Shown here: in pieces, positions 38,616-49,771 of the stretch
Layout: each line of letters starts with the position of its first letter
How positions within the stretch are numbered: position 1 is the stretch's first letter
From: Carcharhinus amblyrhynchos
Lineage: Eukaryota
Reading direction: 5' to 3'
Assembly (NCBI GenBank): GCA_965287045.1
Contig: OZ336879.1
Location: forward strand, 37,882,001-37,946,000
Length of the DNA: 64,000 bases
The notes under the pieces: model-generated
Databases searched by the model: none
What the model was told of the DNA's origin: nothing
Seen by the model: the letters and a program-made list of their open reading frames with translations, nothing else
Translations under genes and position numbers: made by a program

Positions 38616-41575
38616 GTTGTGGTGATTGGTCCTTTAAAGGGTCAATCTGCAAAGCAAGGGTCACGTAACCCAGGGAGCAGGGTGGAGGATCACCCAGATA
38701 AATGTGAACTTCTGAGATCGGAATCATGTGTAGTTTTAACCTCTAAATAAACAAGTTGTATTTTCCATAAACTGGTGAATGAGTGTTTGACAGCGAAATA
38801 AAAACAATCCTCAGACTATTGAATATTCAGTTTACATTGAAATTGAGTGAAGTTAAGATAAAGGAACACTTATTGAAATACCTCCCTTTGGACAGATTGC
38901 CTCTTCCAGGGAGAACTAGACACAATACAGAGTGTCTTGGGTACTATGAAGCGAACAAAATAGGGGAAGAGGCGAAGTTCATGGCCAATCCCTGAGTGCA
39001 TGTGGAACCTAAATTTATAATCTGATTCACAGTATCACAGCCCCAAGCATGCCCGATTCCAAACTATTCAGTGGAACTGGTAAGATTGTTACGGCACAAA
39101 TTAGCCTGGGGTAAATAATGAGGCAATTCAACAGAGACTGCTTGCAAAGGTTGATATAAATTTTAAATGAGCAATGGAGATAGTGCAGGCAATGGAAAAC
39201 ACTGAAGAAGGTGCACGTGTTAATGGGCATGCAAATGGCACCGTTCACCAGTTAGGGCGTGAAGCTGCAGACAGCAGTAGTGCCAAACCAAAGAAATGGC
39301 CATGAGGCGGGAAACAATTTCTGCTACATATAAATCAAGAAGATTTAGAAGAGACAGCCAATCAGCAAAGTTTGAAGTGGAATGTTACCGATGCAGAGGT
39401 AATCATTCCCCTGAATCCTGCAAGGAGGCTGATGGTTTTTTTGTCATAGGAGAGGCCAGTTACGGCATTGGTGCAGAGACAAGTCAAGTCTACGAAGTAG
39501 CCAATCAAATAATGCATCACCAATATACAATGTGGAAGAGTCCAGCACCAACACTTTAAATAATTACTCACCATTTAATATAAACGTGGACAAGATACCC
39601 CCTATTATGGCAATGTTCCAGGTAAATGGGAAATGTCTTCAGATGAATGTTGACACAGGGACACTATCTACTGTGATAGATGAGTGGACATGTCAATACT
39701 TGAGGGAAGGAGTTTAACTAATAAATTTGAAGAGTACTGCAGCCAGGTTAATACCTTTTACTGGAGAAGTGATGAAAATAGTGGACATTGCAATGGAACC
39801 TGTAAAATCTGGACAACAGTCTTCCCAACTCCAAGTGATCATGACAGGTGAAGGACCAAGCCTTCTTGGCTATGATTGATGTAAGGAAATCAAGTTAATT
39901 GGACTAATATTTTCCAAGTGTGAGCAAGAGAACTGCTTAAATTGATTAGGAAATATAAGAGCATCTTCAAGAATGAATTAGGCAAAATAAAAGGTTTGCA
40001 AATAAAGGTCTATGTAGACCCAGAAGCAATCCCTCAATTCTTTAGGGCGAGACAAGTGCCACGTGCTTTAGGAGAGAAAATAGGTGCTGAACTAAAGTGG
40101 TTGGAAGAACTGGGAAATTTCCGGTCAGTTTAATCCTTGGAATGGGCAGCATTAATAGTTCCTGTATTGAAACTGGACAAGACTGCTTGCATCTGTGTGG
40201 ATTATAAACTAACAATTAATCCAGATGCCAAGTTGAATAAATATCCAATCAGAAGATTGAAGACCTGTATGCAAAGCTGGCTGGAGATTAATCTTATTCA
40301 AAGCTGGATATGAGTCCCCATATCAGCAGCATGAATTAGATGATAGTTCCTGAGGTTATGTCACAATAAAGACATACAAAGTGTCGTTCCAATACATGCG
40401 TCTGTCTTTTGACATGTCTTCAGCATGTGCAATTTTCCAGAGGACACTGCAGGGATTGCCATGAACTGAGGTATACTTTGATGATGTTCTCATAACTGGA
40501 TCGACAGAAGCTGAGCGTCTAGCAAATTTAGAGGAAGTGCTGAAGAGATTTCAAGAAGCAGGAGTTTTCCTCAAGAAGGAGGAATGTACTTTTTAAACCA
40601 CTGAGGTATCTGAGCTATCTGGGATACTGTGTAGAGGCATAAGACTTACATCCCATGAAAGACAATAGTAATACCATAAAGGAAGTACTAGCCTCCAAAA
40701 TCATACTGGAGCTTAAGTCAATTAAGTATGTTACTACGGGTGTTTTTTTAACCAAGCTTTTTGATGTCGTTGGCTTCCTTGCATATTCTGTTAAAGAAAC
40801 ACCAGTGTTGGTCTTGGAAGTCTCTCCAGAAAGAAGCTATCAACAGAGTAGAACAATTGCTGCATTCTCCAAACTTGTTAGTACATTTTCACCCATTTAA
40901 GGAACTGATATGATCCTGTGATGCCTCTCCATACGGCATTGGTGTGGTGTTGTCTCATGAGAGTGATGATCAATCTGAAAGGCCAATAGGCTCTACCACA
41001 AGTACCCTCCCATCGGCTGAAAAAGGCTTATTACAAATTGAAAAAGAAGGATTATCAATAGTTTTCGTGTCAAGAAATTCCACCTTGACTATACCTTATA
41101 TAGTAAGCATTTTTGACCGCAGGCCGCTCCTGAGTATTTTTGAAGAAAATAAGGCTATTCCACCAATCACATCGGCAAGACTTTAATGTGGGGCATTAAT
41201 CCTGTCCACCTACGAATATATATTAAAGCACCAACCTGGGAGACACAGAGTGGATGCAGATGCACTTAGCCGCCTATCTTTACAACAAAGTATTGTTGGA
41301 GCGCAGGAAATTGTCATGGCGTGGAATCTTTTGGACGCATTGTCAGTCTGGGCAAAGCAAATCGAGTACTGCAGCATTCAGGACCCCCTTCTGTCCAAAG
41401 TGAGCCATAGGGTTAGATGTAGCTCCTTGCCTGGTACAAGGACTTGCTCCCAGAGTATGATGCCATCCTGGCGCTCAATTCAAGTTAGGTCAATGAGCCA
41501 GTTTTTAAAGAAATTAAACTTTGTTACCCGCAAGGATGAATTGAGTTGCTCGGATAACATCATACTCTGGAGTGT
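38615..41575 (+). mobile_element. Decayed Ty3/Gypsy LTR retrotransposon (5' LTR, gag, protease, RT, RNase H; integrase and 3' LTR missing)
   Basis: CYRCRGNHSPESC zinc knuckle; MNVDTG protease; FFRARQVP, EWAA.IVPV, CVDYK, YFDDVLITG; CDASPYGIGVVLSH, EKEGLSIVF, ADALSRL; many stops. Confidence 0.92.
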
Positions 41576-42764
41576 GAAATATTCTGGGATGTTTTACTAT
41601 AATAAAGGCACTCTATAAATGCAAGTTATAGTATACATTTTAGCTGGATAATAATTTAGAAGGAAGGCTAATCTATGTGTCTCCCCTTCCTAGATCCAAT
41701 GGGAGTGCCCCCATGCCCACCATGGATTGGCAGATAAGGGATTCAAAAGTCCAGACTGATCCATTTGGGATTGATCCAGGAAAATTCTTATTTTTGGGAA
41801 CAATTACCTTTAGAAACCTTACTGAGAAGAAAGTTGTATATGTAAAACATTAAAATGAGCATCAACGTTCACCTGAGTTAAATTGTGCACAATTGATGAA
41901 TGTATTGGTTACTGCTAATAAAGAGAGTGCAAAAATAAAGTCAAAGGTAAAAATATGTAAATGTAACAAATATTCAAAAGGAAATGAAGATGAAGGCACT
42001 GTTACATTAATACAGGGTACATTTGGAATAAATGATTTAATTTCAAAACTTACGAAGCTCATTAAAATATTGACCTTATTAACAACAGAACCATGACTTT
42101 AAGCTGAAAGTTAAGCTGAAAGTTGAGCTGGAGCTGTGAAAGTGCGCCGTGCAATCGCAGAGATAGCGCTATTAAGCTCGAAAGGAGTGGCATAATTGAA
42201 AAGTGCTCACATATAATGGGAGTAGAGGGAAGATTACAAAAATATTTGCATAGAAATAAGTAATGATACATAATAATTGGTCACTGCTATCAACTGCTAA
42301 CTCAAGGTGAGTGGATAGATAGCAAATTGTACAATCAAGCTCAAGCAAGGGAAGATGGAGAGAATGTAATGAAATCATGAGCGTTTTCAATAAAATAGGT
42401 AAAGTGGACAGATTAAAGAAAATTGAGAGTGCAAAGAATCATATAAAGCATATAAAAATGTCTTGTCTTTCTGCCCTGCTCCGAGGAAAGTATTAACTCC
42501 TTGATGGGGTGCACTTCCACAGATGCCAGTTACCCTTTGTTACTGCCTTATCCCCAGGCCTGTTATTGATGTGTGAGGCCAGGCAGTGAGTGTTGGCAGA
42601 CTATTTTTCAGGCCCAAAAGGATCAGAAGTGCAACTCCCATCCTTGCAGAAATAATTTGGCGACTGATGCCCCAAGCGCTTTGCCCAGGCTTTCTTTCCC
42701 AACTTTCCTGGTTATGGCTCATCACAGTGACTTAATTCTTTTGGGGAGAAAAAGAATGGAAAGC

Positions 42765-43084
42765 CATGATATAGTGGTATTATTACTGGACTAGTAACCC
42801 AGAGCTCCAGGGTAATACTCTGAGAACCCAGGTTCAAATCATGCAGATGTCGAAATTTGAATTCAATGAAGTCTGGAACTAAAAGTCTAATGTTGATTGT
42901 TGTAAAAACCAACTGGTTCTAAATGTCCTGTAGGGAAGGAAATCTGTTGTCCTTTCCTAGTTGAGCTGACATGTGACTCCAGACCCACAGCAATTTGGTT
43001 GTCACTTAAATGTCCTCAAGGATGGGCAATAAATGCTGGCCTTAGCCAGTGACACCCACATCTTGTGAACAAATAAAAAAAAAA
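42765..43084 (+). mobile_element. tRNA-derived SINE, second family (also 60355-60548 + 61620-61800, 63110-63412; minus at 43575-43720 and 21535-21790)
   Basis: atagtggtattattactggactagtaacccagag...ggttcaaatc...catgtgactccagacccacagcaat...gatgggcaataaatgctggcc; A-tail. Confidence 0.8.
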
Positions 43085-43137
43085 CTTCGCTGGAGCAATG
43101 TGGATGGGTGAGGGGGGTTGTCAAGGATCCCTGTCAC

Positions 43138-44161
43138 CCTTCTAGTCACCAGTATCAAGACAATATTTTCAGTAGTGGTCACTGTGCCACGCTCTCTCAT
43201 GCTTATTTTTCCTTCCTTAATCCTGAGACAGTATCGTACTTTAAAAATTTCTTGCTGAGACCATCAAACTCCATTCAAGTGGGATTGAAGCACTATATGT
43301 CCAATCATTATAACACACTTATTTAAAATAATTATTCTCAGAATGTAGGCATCACTGGCAGGATTGGCATTGATTTCCCATTCCTAACAGACTTGGGAAG
43401 GGAATGTTTGGACATCTGGAACTGCATCAAGCAGTTTGATATGACAAAGTTTTTGCTATTCCACTTCAGAGGGCAATTAAGAGTCAATCGTGCTGTGTGG
43501 GATTGGAGTTACGTCGCAGCCAGGCTGAGTGGCAGGTTTTGTTACCTTTCTGGTGGGAGAGGAAACTCTAACAGATCTTCTTTTAGATTATTATTCTTTC
43601 ACGAGATGTGGGCATTGTTGGTTAGGCCAACATTTATTTCCCACCACTAATTACCCTTGGGAAGGTGATGGTGAGCGCCCTTCTTAAACAGCTGCAGTCT
43701 GTAGGTGCACTCACAGTGCCTTGAGGAAAAACTGGATGGACCTGTGTCATGGTAGATGGAGAAGAAGAAACATACTTGAGAAACCCAAAAACATAGGAGG
43801 AACATCCCCGTTCCCACCGCCATGTGAATCATAACTTGGGGTGGGGGGTTGGTGTGGAGAATACAAATGTCCGTTGACCTTGGGCAGGATTTTCTGGTTT
43901 TGGGCCAAGCGTGGCCAGAAAATCCAGCCCATTAAATGTGATCAAGTCCCTTGGACGGATTGGAGCTGCTGCCACCCTAGGATACCCCATCCCATAGATT
44001 CCCTTGCCCTAAGCTTCCCTAACTATCATCCAAGGATGCCTGATATTGACCAGCCGTAATCCAGTGAGCTGCATCAGGATGCCGATTTTGTTTGATGCCC
44101 CGCAGTTTGGCAGCCCAATGTGAATAAAAGCTTCAAAGTTGTAACTGTCTTCTTGCCGCAA
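43138..44161 (-). pseudogene. PKD1-like PLAT/LH2 domain remnant, split by MITE and SINE insertions
   Basis: 44161 downward reads LRQEDSYNFEAFIHIGLPNCGASNKIGILMQLTG; 43805-43722 reads MFLLCFWVSQVCFFFSIYHDTGPSS (FLL...IRLWHDNSG motif); 43317-43138 reads IGHIVLQSHLNGV*W...YCLRIKEGK. Confidence 0.65.
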
Positions 44162-44395
44162 CTATAGGAGAGCATATGGTCTGCTCTCTGATCACTCAAT
44201 CTCAAGATGTTGTGCACACATCTATAAAATTCATCTGAACCAATTGCTATTATGTGAATACACAAAGGTATCCTTTATACATTAAACAAAGTACTTGGAG
44301 TACACAAGCAGACCTCTACAGTTATACACATTCTAGTTAAACATATGTTGCCACTAATTAAGTCATCACTCTTAGAGCTATCAGCACACACTTAC

Positions 44396-44516
44396 GTTAA
44401 TAATGTCAAGCGGACAGACATCACGGCCCACCACATAAGATCTACGTGCAGCAATTCAATGGAGCAAGCAACAAATTGCTATGATGATTCTTATACTGCC
44501 CATGGTCTTTCTTCCT
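44396..44516 (-). pseudogene. PKD1-like exon remnant: TM1
   Basis: ctatcctag acceptor, perfect gtaagt donor in phase 0 with the PLAT exon; SIRIIIAICCLLH*IAARRSY (family: hydrophobic helix + WARRKD). Confidence 0.6.
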
Positions 44517-44651
44517 CTAGGATAGATATAGCAGCCCTTCTTTCTCCTTCTTCTACACTTGTGCCTTTTAATCAAGAGTGTCAATATTAGTACTGTGCAA
44601 TCTGTAGTGCACAGTCATAGCTTTGGCCATTATTTCAAGAAGTATGCTTAC

Positions 44652-44908
44652 GGCAACTACCTGTGTGGTCCAACTTTGACACACTGTTTGATATTGCCAA
44701 AGACCTTTATTTGGGAATGCTTCTTATTTTACAGTGTTTTTCAACCAACAGTACATGTCGTGTGTCAAAGATGAAAAGAATTATCCATGTCTCCCAGGTA
44801 TTGAGATTTCTTTTCTTGGCAGGCTCAGTAGTATCGGTTTGGCCTGGAGGTACTTTTAGAGAAAAAAGTAATAACAATTATAATCCAAAAGTAAGGATAA
44901 TGAGCCAC
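44652..44908 (-). pseudogene. PKD1-like exon remnant: GAIN/GPS N-terminal half
   Basis: tttacatttcag acceptor; the frame ends AFPNKGLWQYQTVCQSWTTQ, like C.YW......W...GC of the GPS; three stops. Confidence 0.45.
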
Positions 44909-46084
44909 CTGAAATGTAAAGGAGTGGAAGTTTTTTTCATTTTGACAATCACAGTGGTGACTGAGGACTGACCATGACATATTGGGTTATTCAGGACATG
45001 GTACAAGTCGACAACCAACTTGCTAGTCTCTCTCTTTACATCTACATCTCCTCTACTGGAGACAGGAAACTGTTCCTTGGCATTTGTTTACAGCTTTAGG
45101 TGTTGTCATTCTGTGCGGTTGAAAGTATTCTCCTCAGCCTTTGCTCTTATTTTCCCCTCTGGTCTCTTATCGCAATACAAGACAACATTTATTACAATAT
45201 AATTCCGTGCTATGTGAATTCAACAAGTGGAAAGTAAAGAGCAGGATGTTCAACAATCAAGAATGTGTCCTTCCTGAAGTACATTCACCTAATCTAAATA
45301 AATTATTTCTATCTTTGAAGGTTCTTGACATTTAGTCCTCATGTTTTGTCTGGTATGGAGGATTGTACACTTCCAAGAGGAATTGTGTGCAGCTTTCCAG
45401 CCCATTATGTTTGACACCTGGGTGGCCATTTAGAGTCTGTGATCAGAATATTGCCATCCTGCCTGCTACAGGACTCGGAGCAGATGAGGGGTGGACAATG
45501 GGAAGGTCCGTTGACCTCAGGCGGGATTTTATGGTTTCAGAACAAGTGAGGCTAGAAAATCCCGCACTGTAAAATGTCCCTTGTGTAGCTGAATCTCTAG
45601 ACCAGTATGTATGTTACATGAACATGTTGATAAACAGTATTTTGAAATGTTTATGTACAGCTTTCTAATCCTCATGCATTTACATATCATATAAATAAAG
45701 AAGGAAAATATATTGGGGGAATCTTACCAGAAAATGGCAGAGTGTGTTCCTGGTGAGAAAAGCAGTGTGTTTCTCGCCAGCAACCTGGTCAGTTTCCTCT
45801 CCAGATTCCATCACACTCTGCCACAAGAAATCAAGAAGGTGTGATTCATACCATCATTGAGGTAGATGGCGCTTAAACACACTGGCTAAACCCTGTTGCT
45901 CAGAGAACAGGGCACCATCTTCAAAGGGCATGGTGCCAACCTGATAGTGTCAACCTGTGCCAAGGGTAAGTGTCAGCAGGGGTTTGTATCTTCTGACTCC
46001 CTCTTTGAGGATTGTGTATTGGAATTCCCATACGCTAAAAGATGCCCCCATAAGAATAGGATATGGCACTCGACTCATCAATTG

Positions 46085-47105
46085 ACCGTTCCAATGCGCC
46101 ACAGTGAAAAACTGCACCGACCTCCTCGGAAGTCAAACACGGGACATGGTGGCCAGAGTACCCTTCGTCATCCAGTACTTCCCCAGAGCGGAGAAGCTAC
46201 GACATCTTCTCCGGGGTCTTCAACATATCATTGATGAAGATGAACATCTCGCCAAGGCCATCCCCACATCCCCACTTCTTGCTTTCAAACAACCGCACAA
46301 CCTCAAACAGACCACAGTTCGCAGCAAACTACCCAGCCTTCAGGAGAACAGTGACCACAACACCACACAACCCTGCCACAGCAACCTCTGCAAGACAGGC
46401 TGGATCATCAACATGGATGACATCATCTCACGTGAGAACACCATCCACCAGGTACACGGCACATACTCTTGCAACTCGGCCAACGTTGTCTACCTAATAC
46501 GCTGCAGGAAAGGATGCCCCGAAGCATGGTACATTGGGGAGACCATGCAGACACTATGACAATGGATGAATGAACGTCGCTCGACAATCACCAGGCAAGA
46601 CTGTTCCCTTCCTGTTGGCGAGCACTTCAGTGGTCACGGGCATTCGGCCTCTGATCTTCAGGTAAACGTTCTCCAAGGTGGCCTTCACGATTGATGACAG
46701 CACAGAGTCACTGAGCAGATACTGATAGCCAAGTTCCGCACACATGAGGACGGCCTCAACCGGGATCTTGGGTTCATGTCACACCATCTGTAACCCCCAT
46801 CACTTGCCTGAACTTGCAACATCTCACTTACTGTCCTGTCTGGAGACAATACACATCTCTTTAACCTATGCTTAATGCTATCTCCAATCACATTGTCTGC
46901 ACCTTTAAGACTTGAATCGCAGGTTAGCTGTAAAGACTCACATTCTAATCAGTATTCTGTAAACTGTCTGTGCCTTTATATGCCCTTCTCTGATCAGAAC
47001 ATTCCACATTCCTGACAAAGGAACAGTGTTTCCGAAAGCTTGTGGGTTTACTATCAAATAAACTGGTGGGACTTTAAGCTGGTGTTGTGAGACTTCTTAC
47101 TGTGT
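46085..47105 (+). mobile_element. Penelope-like retroelement (GIY-YIG endonuclease + pLTR)
   Basis: RVPFVIQYFP...PLLAFKQPHNLK...CNSANVVYLIRCRKGCPEAWYIGETMQTL. Confidence 0.93.
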
Positions 47106-48089
47106 TTGCTCCTGATCCACACATTGATGACTGCAGTGATTCATGCCTGTGTGTCATTACGCCGGAGAGGTGGATGCATTCATCGGGGGTTGGGGGGGGC
47201 GGGGGGGGGGGTGCGAGGATTGTGTGCCAAACTCGCTAATGAGACTGAAATCCAGTCAATCCCGTGGTAATCATCATTGCATCCTTTCTGGAAAGGGACC
47301 AGGAGAATCACAAACTGTTTGGTGTTGGGCACAAAGACAGATTTTTAGGTCTATATGCAATTCTCGGGCATTAGTGCACCAGGCATGGTGAGGCCAGAAA
47401 ATCATTCCCATAATGTATGAACTGTATCATTTCTAATAACATTTGTTAACTTTCGTCACTTGAAATTTTAGCTATAATTAATGAAGAACAGAAAATCTTC
47501 CTTCTGGTCTAATTCTGGATATTTGTTTCGTGGTTGTCTTTAATCAATATTGCAGAGAGAAAAATAGATAAATGTTCAATATATAATGAAAATCTAGATT
47601 TGATGGTGAGTACCTAGATTTGTTACGTTATTTAATTGTTCTACAAAGTTCTAAAATAAAATTCCAAATCAAAGTATCTCGGTCTATTGGTATCAACAAC
47701 TTGAGATATATGTGCATTTATGAAAACACAGTTTAATCTTCCTACAAAACTGGTGATCAGTGATATGCACACAGAAGTTTAGAGAGATAAATAGCTCAGA
47801 AATCCATGCCTTTGATGGGTTACGCATACTAAAATATGTATCTATCCTACCTCTGTTACTCGTGCTTCTTTTTACTCACCCTACTCAGGGGATGTTCGGA
47901 TGCAACCAACTTTCTGATATGTTTTGAAGTTATCTTTGAAATATGAGAAAATGATGCTATGGGAAATAATAAATGAGTTATCAGAAGGATGAAGGGGCAA
48001 AAATGATTTCATCAGCAAGGATATGGAACTAAACACAAAATGCAAAACTCACAACAAAATAAAATTGCCAATTTTGCCATGGGCGTACA

Positions 48090-48850
48090 TATGACGGATG
48101 CAATTTATCATGGATAAATGTTAAGTCATGCACTGTGGAAGAAATAACACAGATACGCAATATAATCTAAGTGGTACCATTTTGAAGGGCATGCAAAAGC
48201 AGAGACCTGGAGTACATATACACAAATCTTTGAAAGTGATAATGCTTGCTGATAAGGAATTATGGAAGTTTATGGAATATTGGATTTGTAAGGGGATTGA
48301 ATACAAAAACATGAAAGTCATTCCTGTTTTAAAAAGGTGGTAGACAAAAGGCAGTTAACTATAAGCTAGTTAGCTTAACTTATGTCGTGGGGAAAATGCT
48401 TGAATCCATCATCAAGAAAGAAATAGCGAGACATCTGAATAGAAATTGTCTCATTGGGCAGGCGCAGCATAGATTATGAAAGGCAGGTCATGTTTAACTA
48501 ATTTACTGGAATTCTTCTGAGGACATTACAAGCTCGGTGGACAATGGGGAACCTGTGGATATGGTATATCTGGATTTCCAGAAGGCATTTGACAAGTTGT
48601 TGCACAAAAGGCTGCTGCATAAGATAAAGGTGCACAACTCACTGGTTAGGCCTCTGCTGGAGGCAGTTTCTTGGCACTGTACTTTAGGAAGGATGTCAGC
48701 ACCTTGGAGAGAGTACAGGGGAGTTTTATTAAGATGGTACCAGGGATCAGGAGCTTAAGTAGTAAGTTGCAAAAGTTGATATTGTTTGCTTTAGAGCAGA
48801 AAAGGGTAAGGGGAATGTAATGATTTTTGCTTTTAAGGATCAATCTATAA
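48090..48850 (+). mobile_element. CR1 fragment with an embedded second CR1 segment
   Basis: 3' ORF2 motifs interrupted at ~48326-48636 by an RT N-terminal piece (VYLDFQKAFDK). Confidence 0.8.
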
Positions 48851-49771
48851 AGTATGAGGATCATGACCCAGGGAATCAATCAGGCAGCAGGGTGGTGGAT
48901 CACCCTGATAAGTGCAGCTTTCTGTACTCAGAGTCATCTTGGGTGATGATTGCAGCCACGAGGCTACAAGCCTCTGCATAGTTTTAACTTTTAAATAAAT
49001 AAGTTCTCCTGAAATTGGTGAATGAGAACAGTGGAAGTATCCATAGTTTTGATAATGAAAAGACAAAGAAACTATCTCCTCTGATGAATGTTTAATAGGA
49101 TAGGGGAAGGGCAGATGGAAACAGAGAGCAAAATCTGTGAGTGGAGCCTCCCATTTACACCAAGGACTTGGAAAGAAGGCATCCATCGCCACCTTTCACT
49201 GACCAGCAATATACAGGGTCAAACATGGCGGGCACCTTGGGCACAGTGCTACTCACTATCCATTGAATTTGAGCAGCAGCAGAATGAGGCCCTTAAGTGA
49301 GCTTTAGTTTTACACTTAAAGGCCTCAATTTGAGCACAGGTAGGCAACCCAGCTGACTCCTCATCCGATTCTCCTAAAATCAGTGGGTAGGCTGGCAGCA
49401 GGCACAGAACCAATGGCATTGGAACTCTGCTTTAAGGGTCCACCTACCAACTGGTGGCCCAGAAAAGCCAGTTCCATGATTTTAATGACAAACCATAGCT
49501 TTTTAAGAGTTGTAAGGAGACTTTGCATGTTGTGAATCCTGACAGGCACTGAGAGAGAGCTCCACTTCTCTGGCAGGAGCACCTGCTGACTAAACTGTGG
49601 GAATCAGTCAACAGTCTGTGAGATAATCTTTCAGCTTGCCACTCTTGCTCAGGAGGATGCTTCATTATAACAGCTTTTCAACATTTCCTAACAGCAACAG
49701 AGAAACCATGAAGGTCTTCTTTGCAGTTGCTGACTCCTCCTATCTCTTTATGCACCTTATCAAGAACACCA

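Noticed and set aside
38615-41575. Domesticated Gypsy-derived gene
   Set aside because: Numerous stops and frameshifts throughout gag and pol.
42098-42140. Short tandem AAGCTGAAAGTT repeats in AT-rich sequence
   Set aside because: Only 2-3 degenerate units; ordinary slippage.
44735-44797. Plus-strand mini-exon (FFNQQYMSCVKDEKNYPCLP) with AG/GT
   Set aside because: It overlaps the better-supported minus-strand GPS remnant and has no partner exons.
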